A stretch of DNA of 64,000 nt. Origin: an uncultured virus (IMG/VR IMGVR_UViG_3300020051_001048). Taxonomy: Duplodnaviria; Heunggongvirae; Uroviricota; Caudoviricetes. Positions 20,501 to 31,800 of this stretch are shown here, piece by piece; position 1 is the first letter of the stretch, and every line of letters begins with the position of its first letter. The translations under genes and the position numbers were made by a program. The stretch lies in IMG/VR virus record IMGVR_UViG_3300020051_001048; one strand, given 5' to 3'. The notes below the pieces were generated by a model, which did no database searches, was not told the origin of the DNA, and saw nothing but the letters and a program-made list of their open reading frames with translations.

Positions 20501-22876
20501 CGAATAGGAACCCAAAAAGATTTTGAGTGGTCCGATTTACTTAGCCCTGTTGAGACAGTCGCTAGATTTTCCATGAGTGACACGATCTCAGAAAGAGATA
20601 GGCTTAATAGTCAAATTGATAGTTCTGAGGGGGCTTCTCAGGTTGCAAGGCAAAATGCATTACAGGAGATAGCTTTAAATTTACTTGACAAAAATAAAAC
20701 GGCAGACTCAAAACAGGCATCTATAGACGCAGGCGTAAAACGAACTGATGACGAGTTTAAAAGAAATCAAAAAGATATCTTGGAATTTAAAGAGTTTATG
20801 AATAGCCAGTTTGGTAGTGATCCAACAACATGGCCTGAAGATGTAAGGGGTAAAGGTCTTGATTTAATTTCTGGAGATATGTCAAGTCTTAGTACAGATG
20901 AGAAGAGAATAATCTCTAAAGAGATGGGTTTTATAAACCGCACTAACTCTGCTGTAAATAGAAATAGAGATGTGTTTAAAAATAAACCTCTTAATTTTGC
21001 TTTTGAGGGAGGGTTTTTGAGGGCTTGGGAGGCTTCTGAAGAAGAAGTTTATGATAAATATAAAGATATGGAGCCAATAGAATTGGCAAAACTTCTACGA
21101 AAAAATGAAATTGACTACACTACCGCTGTTGATGTTTTAGCTAGAAAGGGCTATAGTATTCCAGATGTACATACAAAACTCCGAGAAGAATCAGATACTT
21201 TACGTGAAGCTGAAGCGGCTCAAGCGGAGTTCGCACGACAACAACGATTGGTAGAAGAGGAAAAATCTAGAGAAGAACAAAGAGCTAGATCAGAAAAAGA
21301 GAGGATGCAGGCGAGGCGGGCTTATGATAGCATGATCGCTAGGCAAAAGAAAGAGTTTAGTATTAGGACCGCTGAAACACAGTTTCCGGGATTTAAAGGT
21401 CAGGCTGCCCTAGACGAAAAAAACAGGGTTGAGACAAATAAGGCTGCAAGACTTGAAGGTAGAGCTAGAAGAGCAGGTTTTGATTCTTATGAAGGTATGT
21501 TAGAAGAAAAGAAAAAAGCTTATGAGGCGAGAAAAGCAGAAAGCGCTAGAGTAGAGCAAGATAAGGTGTTCAATCAAAGAGATCAAAGATATCTTCAGAT
21601 GGAAAGAAGATATAAACTAGGAATAAACAAAGACCAAGCCGCATTAGAAAAAGCTAGAAGATTTAATAATACTAGACAAATTGAAAGGCTAGAGAAAAAG
21701 ATTGCTAGAGATGAGCAAGAGTTTATGCAGAGAACTGGGGGAAGTTTATCAGAATTTCAAGCCCAAACAAATTCTATGTACGCATCAACGATGCCAACTG
21801 GACAAGCCATGACAAAGCCAAAAGATGAAGTTAGCCTTAAAGGAAAAACTGCCTCATTGGCTTCAACAGAACAGCAACGAGAGCTGTTAGATTCTCGTGC
21901 AGGAACACAGAGACCAGACGGCTATGAAGACGAATTGAAAAAAACAAAAGCGAGAGACGACAGCGCAAGACAGGAGAGAAAAGATATTAGAAGTCAACGA
22001 GATCGAGATTTTGCTTTCGGTGCAGCGAGTGTTTCGGCGGGAGACCAATTTGAAGTTGGCACTTTTATGGGAAATAGGTCCGTTCCACCAACTGAGCAAG
22101 CTGCTATGGAAATAATGACACCTGAGAATTTTAAGGCGATGGAAAGGCTAGATGAAAATCCTGATTTTCAAAGGGGGAGGATACAAGGCGCTGCTCTAAA
22201 TCCATCTGTTCCTAATACCCTTCCGGGGACTGGTAATTTACCGGGTGTTAATCTTGTAGACGAAGATCGACTTAGATTACCCGGAAGTATGGCTAGGGGT
22301 TATCAGTTTGGTGGCTTAATTTATGCCTCTCGTGGAAGGTTTATACCTAAAACGATATTTAAGCCTCGTGGAACTGACACTGTACCCGCTATGCTAACCC
22401 CCGGAGAATTTGTTGTTAATCGTCAAGCTGTTAGAGCTGGAAATAATCTTTCGATACTTAAAGCCATGAACAGCCAACCAGCTGCTCCAGCAGCTCAAGT
22501 TGCAACAATGTCTAACGGTGGACCTGTTGGGAGTACGCAATACTTCCAGAATGGAGGGGAAGTTTCTGGCGGTGGTCAGGATAGCGCATACCTACAGGCT
22601 CTTGAGGGACAATTAGCTTCATTGGCCCAAAAGCTAGAGACTGGATTTAGCAGCTTTGGAAGACATGTTGAAACATTCCAGAGTGCTACTCAGACAGAAA
22701 TGGCTGTCAACGTTAATCAAAATGGAATGATGAGAGTTGAGGCTGGTAGTTCACTCACAAGCTCTCTTATGCAGAACTCAAAAGATATAGCTACCAGCTC
22801 TGTTAATGGGCAAATTGAAAGATCATCAATTGGACTAGACGGTAAAACGAGAACAACTAACAGTGTTTTAGGATAA
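11564..22876 (+). CDS. Tail tape-measure protein (TP901-type core) with multiple accessory domains
   Basis: N-terminal AIDFERELIKISQVT..LAQAG..ATTRESAESIATGLRTILTRI tape-measure core; long coiled coils; four DTVPA[ML]LTPGEFV motifs. Confidence 0.9.
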   Translation: MSKFVLTAELELRAPRNSRQIISNIQNQLNGVKIDLKVKNSAQAARQIAGVNKQLKESNDLASNLGKNLGVSIRRFTAFAIATRGVSLFTNSLSNATKEAIDFERELIKISQVTRRDIEDLQELENTITRLATSLGASSQSLLSATRILAQAGIEASRLEVALTALAKTTLAPTFEDIGKTAEGAIAILSQFGKGVGALEQQLGAINAVAGQFAVESGDLISAVRRTGGVFVSAGGQLEELLGLFTSVRATTRESAESIATGLRTILTRIQRPTTIKYLEQFGVKLTDLNGKFVGPFEAIKRLSQALRGLEQGDIKFVEIAEELGGFRQIGKVIPLLQQFEVAERARQAAIEGGSSLDEDARKAQASLAVQIEKTREKFLALIRSFSETGTFQTASRTVLRLADSFVQLADAIKPILPLIGAVGAFKALKGISGFGRALKGGFTGQTRNQGGKILGFNTGGFVPGVGNSDTVPAMLTPGEFVIRKASVKKLGTGNLAAMNENRYADGGFVSTKRLANPRVQGGKTIQNLLGANRGKGWTSIDEFKVPYRISQVDPYSKSVPKKLRDEYSESANASKRGFVFENIVSRVKKRKLNKNNEFLDAKNAEIKSDKRFSEKKSGGLKSSAYKTIVAKTLNTVLSRKKVEDLDFTSNKDKKDLSSYITAGQITVYTDPSIEKWESQNKNLGGLIQKFATGGIVDQKAAGAAILDPEAASSKKVNITGEDIKKEFTEFKSLPKGKDPVSKYYKSSSFNIAKSGLNKETSDKFKMSLEDGLVAGINTSTASLANDLGTPNAKIDKSQISNFIKSINTSIFGRLFETTMDSISRSGQYATPDNDSDRPFDAPNGLPASLKDNFSGLPDQYIDYKASLEAASDANMKGKIVDQIKRELIQDGILNEEYPRKEFRDKERASSQAKTEKKKRANQAAGRGFPVKRANGGPAPSDTVPALLTPGEFVFNEKSARSIGYANLNKMNKQGVAGFAKGGPVGFKRFAEGGNVDFGDRDSSNREVFNIHSEEGSQKFDFAFIDSLEDAVKELKTTLSGLGKSFDDIEAIGDAFGENLKEGGSALDILVSTLWDFGMTVEKTGETVESEIEGMLGRSNDKKEKTSPQKEKTSPQAEVANKKAAQQVATPQKSGLLSNANQKLDNINKKGEEVFEKVFKSIDRGGMKVYDFFADFASKAKTSGDKVSESLDNAAEEISKTPINSPAQSSLSNKPSDGQAGAGADDLINSTKELAEANKENADQVQKKSAAEIFGSITMASAFIPRVEEASTAAQRMQNSFLDSVTTISATITALEAFGISLNKQSLLGGFGGKGGFGKGFKNILKGVGARVAVFGSIAYAAGSLIDAYSGKQEEANKAIEEGNVAQAARASVEAQVASSQTKLATAAVALGSAFGPIGLGVGLVAGGLIKFGLSTEQATYITDQFGRITGNTTALVAAQATAAAERVRLDKQLAESSKKASQTLEAFAQGGATLDQALMALSGGLKEEMQISESKTRLAQAEIAAQKQRTSILGFGGPDEEVISKNSKTIEEETKNREKLATEALKKGISSEILRKAINNSIAAGKPVSAEELINKIIPKEARGMIDDEDIKNAELAINNMADAAQRNADFLRALNFGLQGVTAAIDARVVKVENTIASFEPGFNSLSIAARTLEASITAAGANIDSASIDKSLVSLEQQFLRFGGDQKEVENLSNTIRELNRIQKEAVNIIPNINKKLEENIDFTGGGTGLTDILKEELLELVPDDSPIRDRLLAIIGNLDFDKLPEEIQNQIKKGDISGLVQSVFGELGQATQVQIESFKKTGELQDKLKPILQKRIELEKDLVSAQKEALKVQIEAAKAIEKFGGPAVTFADQLENLNRQLNLDLAAAGIGGTASGSSPDDLVAINRRLVAEIESINAAGPLPEEQGEEQKARRSQLETLQKSLLDNLRQRIGLTEQEIELAKKKNDLEKSALQKLIEGDAIGFFEQQETAAAASALKSGDDRALRLFTQDAIGRAFASLQTEDQTPQERRRQARAALGGFATEENVSVLSETTPELLDLQRSGREAAQALREVADTASQIVKSDLVKVDANVVELRGQINEPQKVAGSTQGLSSGGTVYANNGVFVPRGTDTVPAMLTPGEFVVNRKAVQSGNNLSMLQNMNSGKTVYASTGGMISNGVLYASDGVDLTQALGILGQSADIEEKDGVYYMTRGDGSKFVVQDTRTIAAIEKAFADRRARVNAGRAEVNQGGAEIVGRGTLNMASLLAAADPTGTSDLTVGILAAIAGNVTDAELADKYQGAAVAGVMGAGMTGALNRGNLLNQTAISKTVNKIKDGDFGGPGAAGILEQSIKKSIVDSPPVGKLADSTTTRSTAYADDIMRTAEESVGVTAKKVASSKVSAEAAAKNQKITQGILQEAEKVKVTKSNKIDIRPLPEGKKFRRYGAANFETLELKLFKGADGQTLTHEGLHLASFLMGKQQAKLGISAVPSEAISALQKALAEKGIDVSEQSLKIMSKNAGIRQAGRAPAGRAPAGANEIALRRLSDFQEEVSVAQALKWGEGLKNIKTGSIRNTRQRLLSDLNATKDVTMQKQIMDQLNSTYGVKNNPFAIKDGKYILNNKSNLGGVDIVDKNIFNPKIKQADLEKSLTNVSNKNTVEQMAENANVAAKEFAESQKPPTVKPTSDEPTDYISEALKLDKQPRKPPVAKTTDEGYTLQPTLNRRANPVVEDAMKGAGLRSAASEAKAAKSASEASDAGKSAFSAERIGQLKKNLLVRMSRLSNKMGSKSIVEIFEKELSQLKMTKEELAGALGAIGGGAKATGIVAAGGSTRAIVQAVINSDVPTGFDKTTEQAINLGFTVSENEDLRPERKEVNDLISQIADAGLTEDVVEAREFLLEEASLRYPNLSEDELIDQILQDRNDKLKEKERSERLAQQALDSRRRRRIDYAKNFSTKELLENSEAFTLQNVLEKEALDREIYSSNVTTGAAEAKINRIGTQKDFEWSDLLSPVETVARFSMSDTISERDRLNSQIDSSEGASQVARQNALQEIALNLLDKNKTADSKQASIDAGVKRTDDEFKRNQKDILEFKEFMNSQFGSDPTTWPEDVRGKGLDLISGDMSSLSTDEKRIISKEMGFINRTNSAVNRNRDVFKNKPLNFAFEGGFLRAWEASEEEVYDKYKDMEPIELAKLLRKNEIDYTTAVDVLARKGYSIPDVHTKLREESDTLREAEAAQAEFARQQRLVEEEKSREEQRARSEKERMQARRAYDSMIARQKKEFSIRTAETQFPGFKGQAALDEKNRVETNKAARLEGRARRAGFDSYEGMLEEKKKAYEARKAESARVEQDKVFNQRDQRYLQMERRYKLGINKDQAALEKARRFNNTRQIERLEKKIARDEQEFMQRTGGSLSEFQAQTNSMYASTMPTGQAMTKPKDEVSLKGKTASLASTEQQRELLDSRAGTQRPDGYEDELKKTKARDDSARQERKDIRSQRDRDFAFGAASVSAGDQFEVGTFMGNRSVPPTEQAAMEIMTPENFKAMERLDENPDFQRGRIQGAALNPSVPNTLPGTGNLPGVNLVDEDRLRLPGSMARGYQFGGLIYASRGRFIPKTIFKPRGTDTVPAMLTPGEFVVNRQAVRAGNNLSILKAMNSQPAAPAAQVATMSNGGPVGSTQYFQNGGEVSGGGQDSAYLQALEGQLASLAQKLETGFSSFGRHVETFQSATQTEMAVNVNQNGMMRVEAGSSLTSSLMQNSKDIATSSVNGQIERSSIGLDGKTRTTNSVLG
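14870..14911 (+). repeat. 21-nt tandem duplication (KEKTSPQ x2) in the tape measure
   Basis: aaagaaaaaacatctcc[g/a]caa twice, 1 mismatch. Confidence 0.9.
19088..19117 (+). repeat. 15-nt exact tandem duplication (AGRAP x2) in the tape measure
   Basis: gcaggtagagcgcca twice. Confidence 0.9.
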
Positions 22877-22880
22877 ATAA

Positions 22881-25800
22881 ATGGCTGTAATTAAATTAGA
22901 ATGTTCATGTCAGGACGATCATCTTAGTCGCGCCGCTGACGGCGCGGCTACTCTTGATGCAGACCTTACAGTTATATATAAATTATCACAAATGATAATG
23001 GGCGAGGGTAGTTTAAAATCTCCCGAAGAACATTTAACAAGAACTCCACTATATGACATTCTCTCCGTCGAGGGATCTGGCCCCTATTATAATATAACTT
23101 TAGGTGGAGATATTGCCGTATTTAACAATGAGTCTGGCGAATATCAATTCGTAGAGATTGGTAACACTGGCCTTATTGAGCATGACGGAGAAAGTTACGA
23201 ATACGAAGTAACAAATATTAATGATAATATCCTCACTATATTTTATACCGGTGGAACAAATGGTGATGCGGATATAACCACTTTGTGTGAAGTCATAGAC
23301 TCTGAATACGAGGGGTATGATGGGTATGATGGATATGATGTAGGAACGTGCTATCCTCAGATATCTTTCTTATATCAAAACGATAATCCATTTATCACAT
23401 ATTCTTATGCATCAGAAACTTCGATTACAGCCATCGGAGATGTACAAAGTAATCTATCTGCTGACTTATCATTGTCGCATGATTATAATGTTGAAGGTGA
23501 TATTTTTGATAGGATCGGCAAAGAGATACACCAAGAACAAGAGTTTATTTCTGACTCAGAGATTGACGCAACGCTGGACAAATTTATTGGTGATTTCACT
23601 TTCTTTGACTGTTTAAGTAAGTTGTATCCAACTGGAGATGTTTCTATTTCCAGTTTTATAAATTCTGACACTACAACATCTAACCTTTATTCATATATCA
23701 ATGAAGGTGTATTTGCTGGAGATTATCGAACCACTGGGTATCTTTTAAGCGATGACGTTGGCGGTTATATACAACCATCCGCCGTGGATGCCGAGGGTAG
23801 GTTTAGTTACAAGGCTTATGTTAACCCGCCTATGGTGGTACCTGATGATTCAAGATTAAGGATGAGAATATCAGCACCTTATGAAAATCAAGAGTCTTGG
23901 AGTATTAATTATTTAATCAGTGGCGTTAAGTTTAGAGACCCTAACGGGAAACTTATAGTAGAATACGAACCAGTAGAAATCAAGGGTGACGGCCACAAAG
24001 ATAGTGATCTGCATTATACCACCCTATCCTTAGCTCCGCTTGTTGAAAATTATAAACTACATCCTGAGTGGAGTGCTGAATATCCTTCGTTTGAACTAGA
24101 CGATCAATATACCGTAGAGTTTGAGATTATAGCTTTTGATCTTGGCGAGGTATTTGACGAAGGGTTTACATTTGGATATCAAAAGAATCCAGACATTGAA
24201 GAAGAAGATATAATAGGTGTTATGAACTCTATGCGAGTTTCTGCGCTTGAGATATGTATGAGTGGAAGTGTGATTGTTAAACAACAACCACTTAATCTTA
24301 AAATATTTAATGAGCAAAGATCACATAAAATAGAGAGATGTATAAAACCGTCTAACTTTGGGGTATACAACTTTGACGACGGCGTTTATCCGACCGTTAG
24401 TAGCATATGGTCTACGAGTGACGGAACTCCAGCAAACTTAACTTCGCTTGCATCTAGGGCGCTTATTGAATCATTAAATGACAATAGGGGTAGCACATAC
24501 GCGCAACTTCAAAGCATGGGGCCGCTTGCTGATTCTGGAAAGCTGATACTAGAATTTTCTCATACTTCACAAGACTCTTACAAAGAGATCACGCCGGGCG
24601 CATTTTCGTTTGGGTTTGACCAAAATCAAACAACTGGAAATATGTGGTTCTCTCCTTCTGGCTCATTTAATACATTAAACGATTCTGGAATTAGCGTTGT
24701 AGATAACTTCTTTAAACCAGAAACAGTCACTCTAAAAATTCTAGCAAAAAAACAGCAAAACTCAAGAGACTATATTCTAGATGTTGTTGGGTATAGTGAT
24801 GACTGTATTATCAATGTCACCTCTCCTTCTACTTCATTCCTTCAAAACTCAAGCGGTGTATTTTTAAGTAATCCAGATACCGACGTTGTAACGTTCTATG
24901 GGGATGGCGGTCAAACGCCCGTCTTCTCTGGTTACGCAAGTGTTGACGATCTTGGCATAGCGTCAGAGGCGATATCAGATAGAGATCAATATTACGAAAC
25001 AAATGAAAATGCTAATCATAGGCTTTTATCAACTTATCCAGTAATAGACTCTACAGAATACAGATGGTACGAGATACCTCTACAGATTTATCCAGACGAA
25101 GTTACTCTAGGAAAATCTAAGAACTACTTTACCAGTTCATTATTTGAAAAATTATATTTAGACATCTTCCCATTACCAAGCGGTGCTAGCATAGGCGCTG
25201 TAGAACTTTGTGTTAGATATTCTCCTAATGGTGGATTATCTTTAATTACAGAGGGTGGGGAATATATAAAAGCGCAAGATGGGAGGTCGTTTAATTCCTT
25301 CTACCCAATTAGCCGACAGTCTTCTGACAATTACCTAAATGCTGGCTCTGGTTACAATTCCTTGTCAACAATAAACGGAATACCTCAAGGTTATTGTTCT
25401 TCAGATAGCTTGAAGACCAATTACTCTAGAAGATGGAGGGGTATGAAAGGTCTTTCCTACGGGCCATTTAATATCAATGAATTTGGTTTTAGTTTTAGTA
25501 GTCCGCTGCTGGATACACCACTTATTGATTGTTTCATGAACTTTGAAACTCTTGATAACTATACATTTACATCTAAAGATTTGGGCGTTGTCGATCCCGT
25601 TGAGTCCAACTTTACTAGTGATGGATCTTTGACGGCTCCAGAAAAATACAGTAATATTGGCTTGAGATTCTCTGGTGGTAGTATGTTTGATACGATACTA
25701 CCCGGATATAGCAGTAGCCATATTACAGCGGACTGGACTGCCCTATCTAATGGCGGTTCAAACTTTACTAATAATGAACTTTATGGTCAAATATTTGACG

Positions 25801-28800
25801 GTTATGAAAATGTTGTAAGATTTGGAATTAAAGATAATCTAGAATTTACAAACGTTGATTGTTCCAGCGGTATAGTTCTATATGCTAGATTTATTCCTGA
25901 CGCAAATGTAACTGGACAAAACTTTAACTTCTATGACAGAAGTGTTATTTTCTCTCTGAAAGACACGCCGTCTTCTACTCAAGTATTGGAGATAGGATTT
26001 ACGGGTGGATACCTCTACGCTAAAGCAGATGATGACAATGGTCAGATAGAAATTGTAACCGACACCCTACAGTACGACCAATATCAATATCCTTTATCTG
26101 TATTGGTGACTTACGATGATAATCACGATAGAAAGATTAGACTATACACAGACAATGAATTAAGTGAAGGTGCGTTTACAAATCTTAGAGGTACTAGTAA
26201 TTCTATTAACCTGCCAGACACCTCTAATAATCTGTACTTTGGATATAGCAAGGCTTCTCTATCTGGCCTTCCAATGTTGGCCTGTGAACTTGGATTCTCT
26301 GAGCCATTTACGGGTAGTGGATGTAATGTGGTAGAGTCTGTATTTGATAGAAATCTTAAACAAATAACCGCTACCGAATTCTTTGATAACCAACGGGCAA
26401 AGTTCTTCAATCCCGGAGAGCCTGTAGAAAATGACACATATAAACTATGGGATTATGTTGATGAAAATACTTACAGCGACTGGAGCTTGGGTTCGTTTAG
26501 ATACTGCCCGTTCAATTATGAATTTGCTTCTCTCGGCTCAACTGTAGGCAAGAGAACAGGAAGGGATTCCATAAACTTTAGCCTAAATCATCATGGCTCT
26601 GGATATTCTCAGATTACAGATATATCTTTACCTTCATCTATTAATTCAAGCGTATCTTATCACACGCAAATAGAAAACGATTTCCTAAGATTTAATCTTT
26701 CTGACACCGAAAGTAACTTTAGGTCTATAGCTACTAGGGTAAGTAAATCCTTACCTCGCGGCTACTCGTTTAAAGAGCGTGCGCTTGTGGTTGAAACGGT
26801 TATGGAGCATAACTCTGTAAGCAATAACATTGTTTGGGAAGATGGAAACATTGGTCCTAAATTGATCGTTAGTCTTTATACTCCAACGAAAACTCCAAAC
26901 TGTGAAGATGGATGCGGAGATAGAAGTAATTACGGCTTAGTAAATAGGCACATACATTACTTAGCCCCATCTAGCTGCATGTTTAAAGCAGATTCTGTCT
27001 TTGATTACAACAGTCTTTGCGATGAGACAGAAGAGTGGTCACTATTCGCCAGAGAAAGAAAGTTATCAGAATTTGATGAAGAATATATATCTACAGATGT
27101 TGACCAAATGTTTGTTCAATATGACTTGTCTTATCCTTCTGGTAGCCCTTTTGATTCTAGAATAGATATTCACAGTGTGCATGTGAGAGCCGAAGATGCT
27201 TGGGTCACACCTATTAACAATAGCGGAAGCCTCAATTTAATATCTAGCGGTAATTATGCTAGGTCAGAACGTCTAAACTTCTTTACGTTCGGTATAATTG
27301 GTTCTGACTCAGGTAGTATGCCTCTTGTTATGTCAGATTTATTTACTGATGTGTCTGGCTCAATGCCGCTTTACACATTTGGTGCTTTTGTTAATAATGA
27401 TAGCCTACCGTTAGCTATCGACTTTATCGGTTCAGGTAATACATCTGTAGACCTTGTTACGCTTGGCGATGATATAACATGGGAAGATTTGCTTCCAAAT
27501 GAAACAGCGCTTAAATCAGTATCTCTAAATATATTTGGTCACTTAGAAGCAGAAAATGATTTTCCATTGTCGGTGTTTAACGCCGAAACAAACCTTGAAG
27601 ACCAAGATTCTATTCCATTGTCTATGTTTGCTTCTAACATGGCTAGGTCTGGAATAAGAGACTTCTTAACATTTAACTTACTGGGTGCAGATACAGAATC
27701 TGGTAACAATGATGATGTTGTTATGTCAATTGTACCAGTAACACAAGATCAGGCCACGCTATTCTCTACGTATTTAAGACGTAGTATGCCACTTGTTATT
27801 AAAACTCCAGATATATTAGAGAGAAATGCTGATGGGTGGGCTGTCATCTCTAATCATGACGGTGGATTAAAAGTGCCATCCCTACCACTCGTTATTCCTT
27901 ATAACGAAACGGTTTCTGAGAATTTTGACAGCGGCAACATGACACTCTCTGTCTACAATCTCGGAGAAGGTACATCATTCATAAAATGGAATAGCGAGAA
28001 TTATGGTCAAGATATTAATCTTATTGATGAGTCTGGCGGAATTCCTTCTCTACCACCAGAAGATGAAATACGGGGTGTTGATCTTATAGGCTATGGCTCT
28101 TGTGATGGTTCTAGTCCAAGAAAAGCTATTGACGACCCGATTGTAACAGACAACTTTACATGGAGAGAAGAAGTTTGTAATGAGGGTGGTATTTCCAGAG
28201 CGGTTGATACTTACACAAATACAGATATAGGATATAGTGGTAGCTACTATGGAATTAGAAAATATACAGACTTAATTGGCAATTCTGCATACAACGCTGT
28301 TATGAGAATTACAACTGGCTCAACAAATCCTATACCAGTACCTAGAGACTGGGAGTATTGGAATTATGGAATTTGTGGGCCAGATTGGTATGCTGATGGT
28401 AGCGGTTGCTGCAACGAAGACTGTGATCAAAATATCAATTACAGTGGTAATAAGATGATTGCAGATTACCCATATTTAAGTGGAGACCAAACGATAACAG
28501 ATCCTTCAGGAAGACTTGAGGGTGATAGGTATGGAACATCTGTGAGCGTTAAAGAAGACTTGATGGCAATAGGTTCACCTTACCATGACGTGAGAGATGA
28601 GGTTGGTCAATTAGTCAACAATGCGGGTTCGATTTTCCTATATAGAAGAGGTGAAGATGTTCCCGGCAAGAAGGCTCCTTGGACGCTAGAAGATCAGTTA
28701 ACTTTACCGTCTGGCTATATTAGGGATTACCCCAAGCAAAGAAACTCAATTTTAACATATCTAAATGACGACGGAACAACGTTTAGCATATCTGGTCAAA

Positions 28801-31800
28801 AGTGGTATATTGGTCAAGAAGGTAGGCAGCTTGGTTACTCTCTAGATATTACGAAGAGTGGCGAAAGAGAAATTGTTGTTGCTGGCGCACCCGGAGCAGA
28901 ATGGTCTAGAACATTCCCAGATATTGAGGTTTCTGGAATACCTGTATTTATGATGGTGTTTACTGATAAGTTTACATACAATTCTAATGATGCTAAGAAG
29001 ATCGGCGCAACTGCAAGTAAGTTTGATATTCTCTATAAATACTTTAGCCAACCTTGGGTCTTTAATGATGGATCATTTAATCCTGAGTTAGATATTCAAC
29101 TGTTAATATGTCAGATATACTCAAGCGGTGAAGAGTTAAAAACACCTTATATAAGAGAACCTTGGTTGCATCATTTGTATATCAATAATCTTCAAGAGCC
29201 TAATGTAGATAAAGAAGATGTATTTAATTACAATTATAGTGGAATATTAAATAAGTTTAACTCTATATTCCCATATAACGATAATATTTACAGCGGCATA
29301 CCTCCAATCTTAGGTGTGTTTGGTGACGATACATTGTCCACAACAAACGGTTTAGCGTATCAAAGATATGTTGATAACTTTATAGATTTTTATGAAAATT
29401 ATACTTTCGCTAGTGGTGTTGAAGATTTACAAACATCTCTACCTGCAACTGGTTTTGTTAACGAAATATATTCAAACAGCTTTGAGTGGGACGACGCATC
29501 GGTAGAACTATTGAATAAGACTCTAGCTACTGGTTACTTACAGCAGAATGATGTGCTGAAGCTAATTACTAGTGGGATTGGTCAAGAGTATGCACAGAAA
29601 GACGCTGGAGAATTCCAATTACCGCCCGAATCTGGTGGTAGGGCTTACATCTTTGAGAAAGAGTTTGGTAGGTTTAACTTTGTTCAAGAGCTTATTTCGC
29701 CAGACGCAGAAATCTTCCGAGACGATCAAGATGAGAATTCTGATCTTAGGTACGATACGGAGCTTCTACCATCTGATAGATATGGACACTCTGTTGCAAT
29801 TAGTAAAAATGGTGAAGTTATAAGTGTCGGATCGCCATATTCTGCTGAAGCGTGTCAGGTTTACGAAAGAGATCCTTCTGAAACAGAAAGAATGTATGAA
29901 GGGCTTTCTGGCTGGCTGGACTTTAGAAATCTATCTTCTGAAAAGTCCAGATACGATCAGTTGTTCGTTGACTCTGGATTTGATGTAGCTTCCCAAACTG
30001 TTTACAGCGAGTTGAGCCAAAGTAATAAATTCTTACTAAGAACAGACGATTCTTACTGGGGCTTTAATAACGGTATCAAACCTTATAAGAAAATATTTAA
30101 GTACCATCATAGCGATATTGATTATATCGGAACTTGGAGTTTCTTGCCAGACGAGTTCGCTGGTACTTCTAGACTTGGCTTTAGTACGTCTATTAGCGAT
30201 GATGGAGATATTGTAGCATTTGGCGCGCCAACGGATTCGTTCAATGAGTTTGATGACATCAATGTTTGGGGAGAGGGTGAGCAAAGCTGGGCGTCTTATG
30301 TAAATGCGGGCGCAGTTAGAATTTTTGAATCTAGAAAATACTTCGATCACAATAAAGCTGTTGAGTTTTATAAATTCGGAAATATTGATAGATCAATAAA
30401 CGAAGACAATAAAGAGCTTGAGGGAGAGTACGATAAACTCGCTGACATTTTTGCTAGTGGTCAAAACCCTGTTCCTTTCGAGAGAACCGAATTTGCGAAT
30501 ATAGAAATTCCAAAAGACGCAGGTTTGGCGTTTATCATTACCCCTCACATAGATGCTGCAAGCGACGAGGTTATAGACAATATAAAATCTTGGTTGTCTC
30601 TGGGTGATAGAACTCTTGTGCTTGTTGGTAATGATCCAGAGTGGCAAAATAATGGCGCTTATAAACAGTCTAATGAATTGATTAATAAGATCTTGAAGAA
30701 ACTTGGCTCTAGAATGAGAATTACTGCCGCTAGGAATAATTACGAGTCTTTGCCATATGCTCCATCAGAAGAAGATTTTGTCAACAATAAATTTAACATT
30801 ACTCGCGCTCACCTTCCAACCAACTCTAGAGAAGATGACACGGTATCATCTCATGAAACCTACATACCTCAGATTGAGATGTTTGGTCAAAATGTTGCCG
30901 ATATTAAGATAGATTTATCTGACTTGGGATTGGAAGACCTTCTGATCTATGGACCTTGCAATGAAAAGAATCCTATTTGTAGTTTGCCAATTAAACACTC
31001 TGGAGATATCAGGGCGGAGTGGCACTCTGACTGCGTTTCAAAGATAGAATTTAACACTAACTGGCCTTTCCACTTTGATAATCCAAATCCAGCTCAAGGG
31101 TGTGACTTCTACCCAGAAATTGTAAAACCTGAAATAAGAAGAGAATATGAAGATATTAGACCTATCTTGACTGCCGCTGAGTACATTGAAAGAGAACCTT
31201 TAGTCATACCTGCTGATAGTGGTTGCGATTTCGTGGGTTATGAATATACTCTGTCGGGTCAAATTTGCACAAAGATTGGTAATCAGTTTACTTCGTATAA
31301 ATTTGCAAGCCAACAGGAAGATGAACTTTCGTTTGGTGTATCACAGCAGGATGATATTGAAGAATATCTAACTATAGATAGAAACGGAGCATATTTCGAT
31401 CCGCTATCATTTGATGGTAGGAACTCTCTAATTCAAGGTAGAGGAAAGACTAAGGGTGAAACCGTTATACTGTCTAGAGAAATTGCGCCAGAAAGTCCAT
31501 TTGTTATTTCCGAAACGTACTTTAACCTTGGTGTAGAAACCACCTCCGATGTAGTCATAATGGCCGGATTACAGTCAGAAACTAAATGGTCTTTAGGTAA
31601 AGAGAGTGGTCAAGAATATAGAACCGGAAATAGTGATCAAAACATCGCTTTCTATAATAATTTGGTTATTACCTCGTGTAGTTCTCCTTCTGCTTCTAAG
31701 ATTGTGCAGCTAGGTGGTTGGACGCAAAGAACATCGTTTAAAGATGCCTATGAGGGTTCTTTCTTAGATAACTTCTTTACTGAGTACGGCCACGAGCTAT

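Noticed and set aside
23307..23340. YEGYDGYDGYD micro-repeat
   Set aside because: Short low-complexity 9-nt expansion in a linker; no evidence of function.
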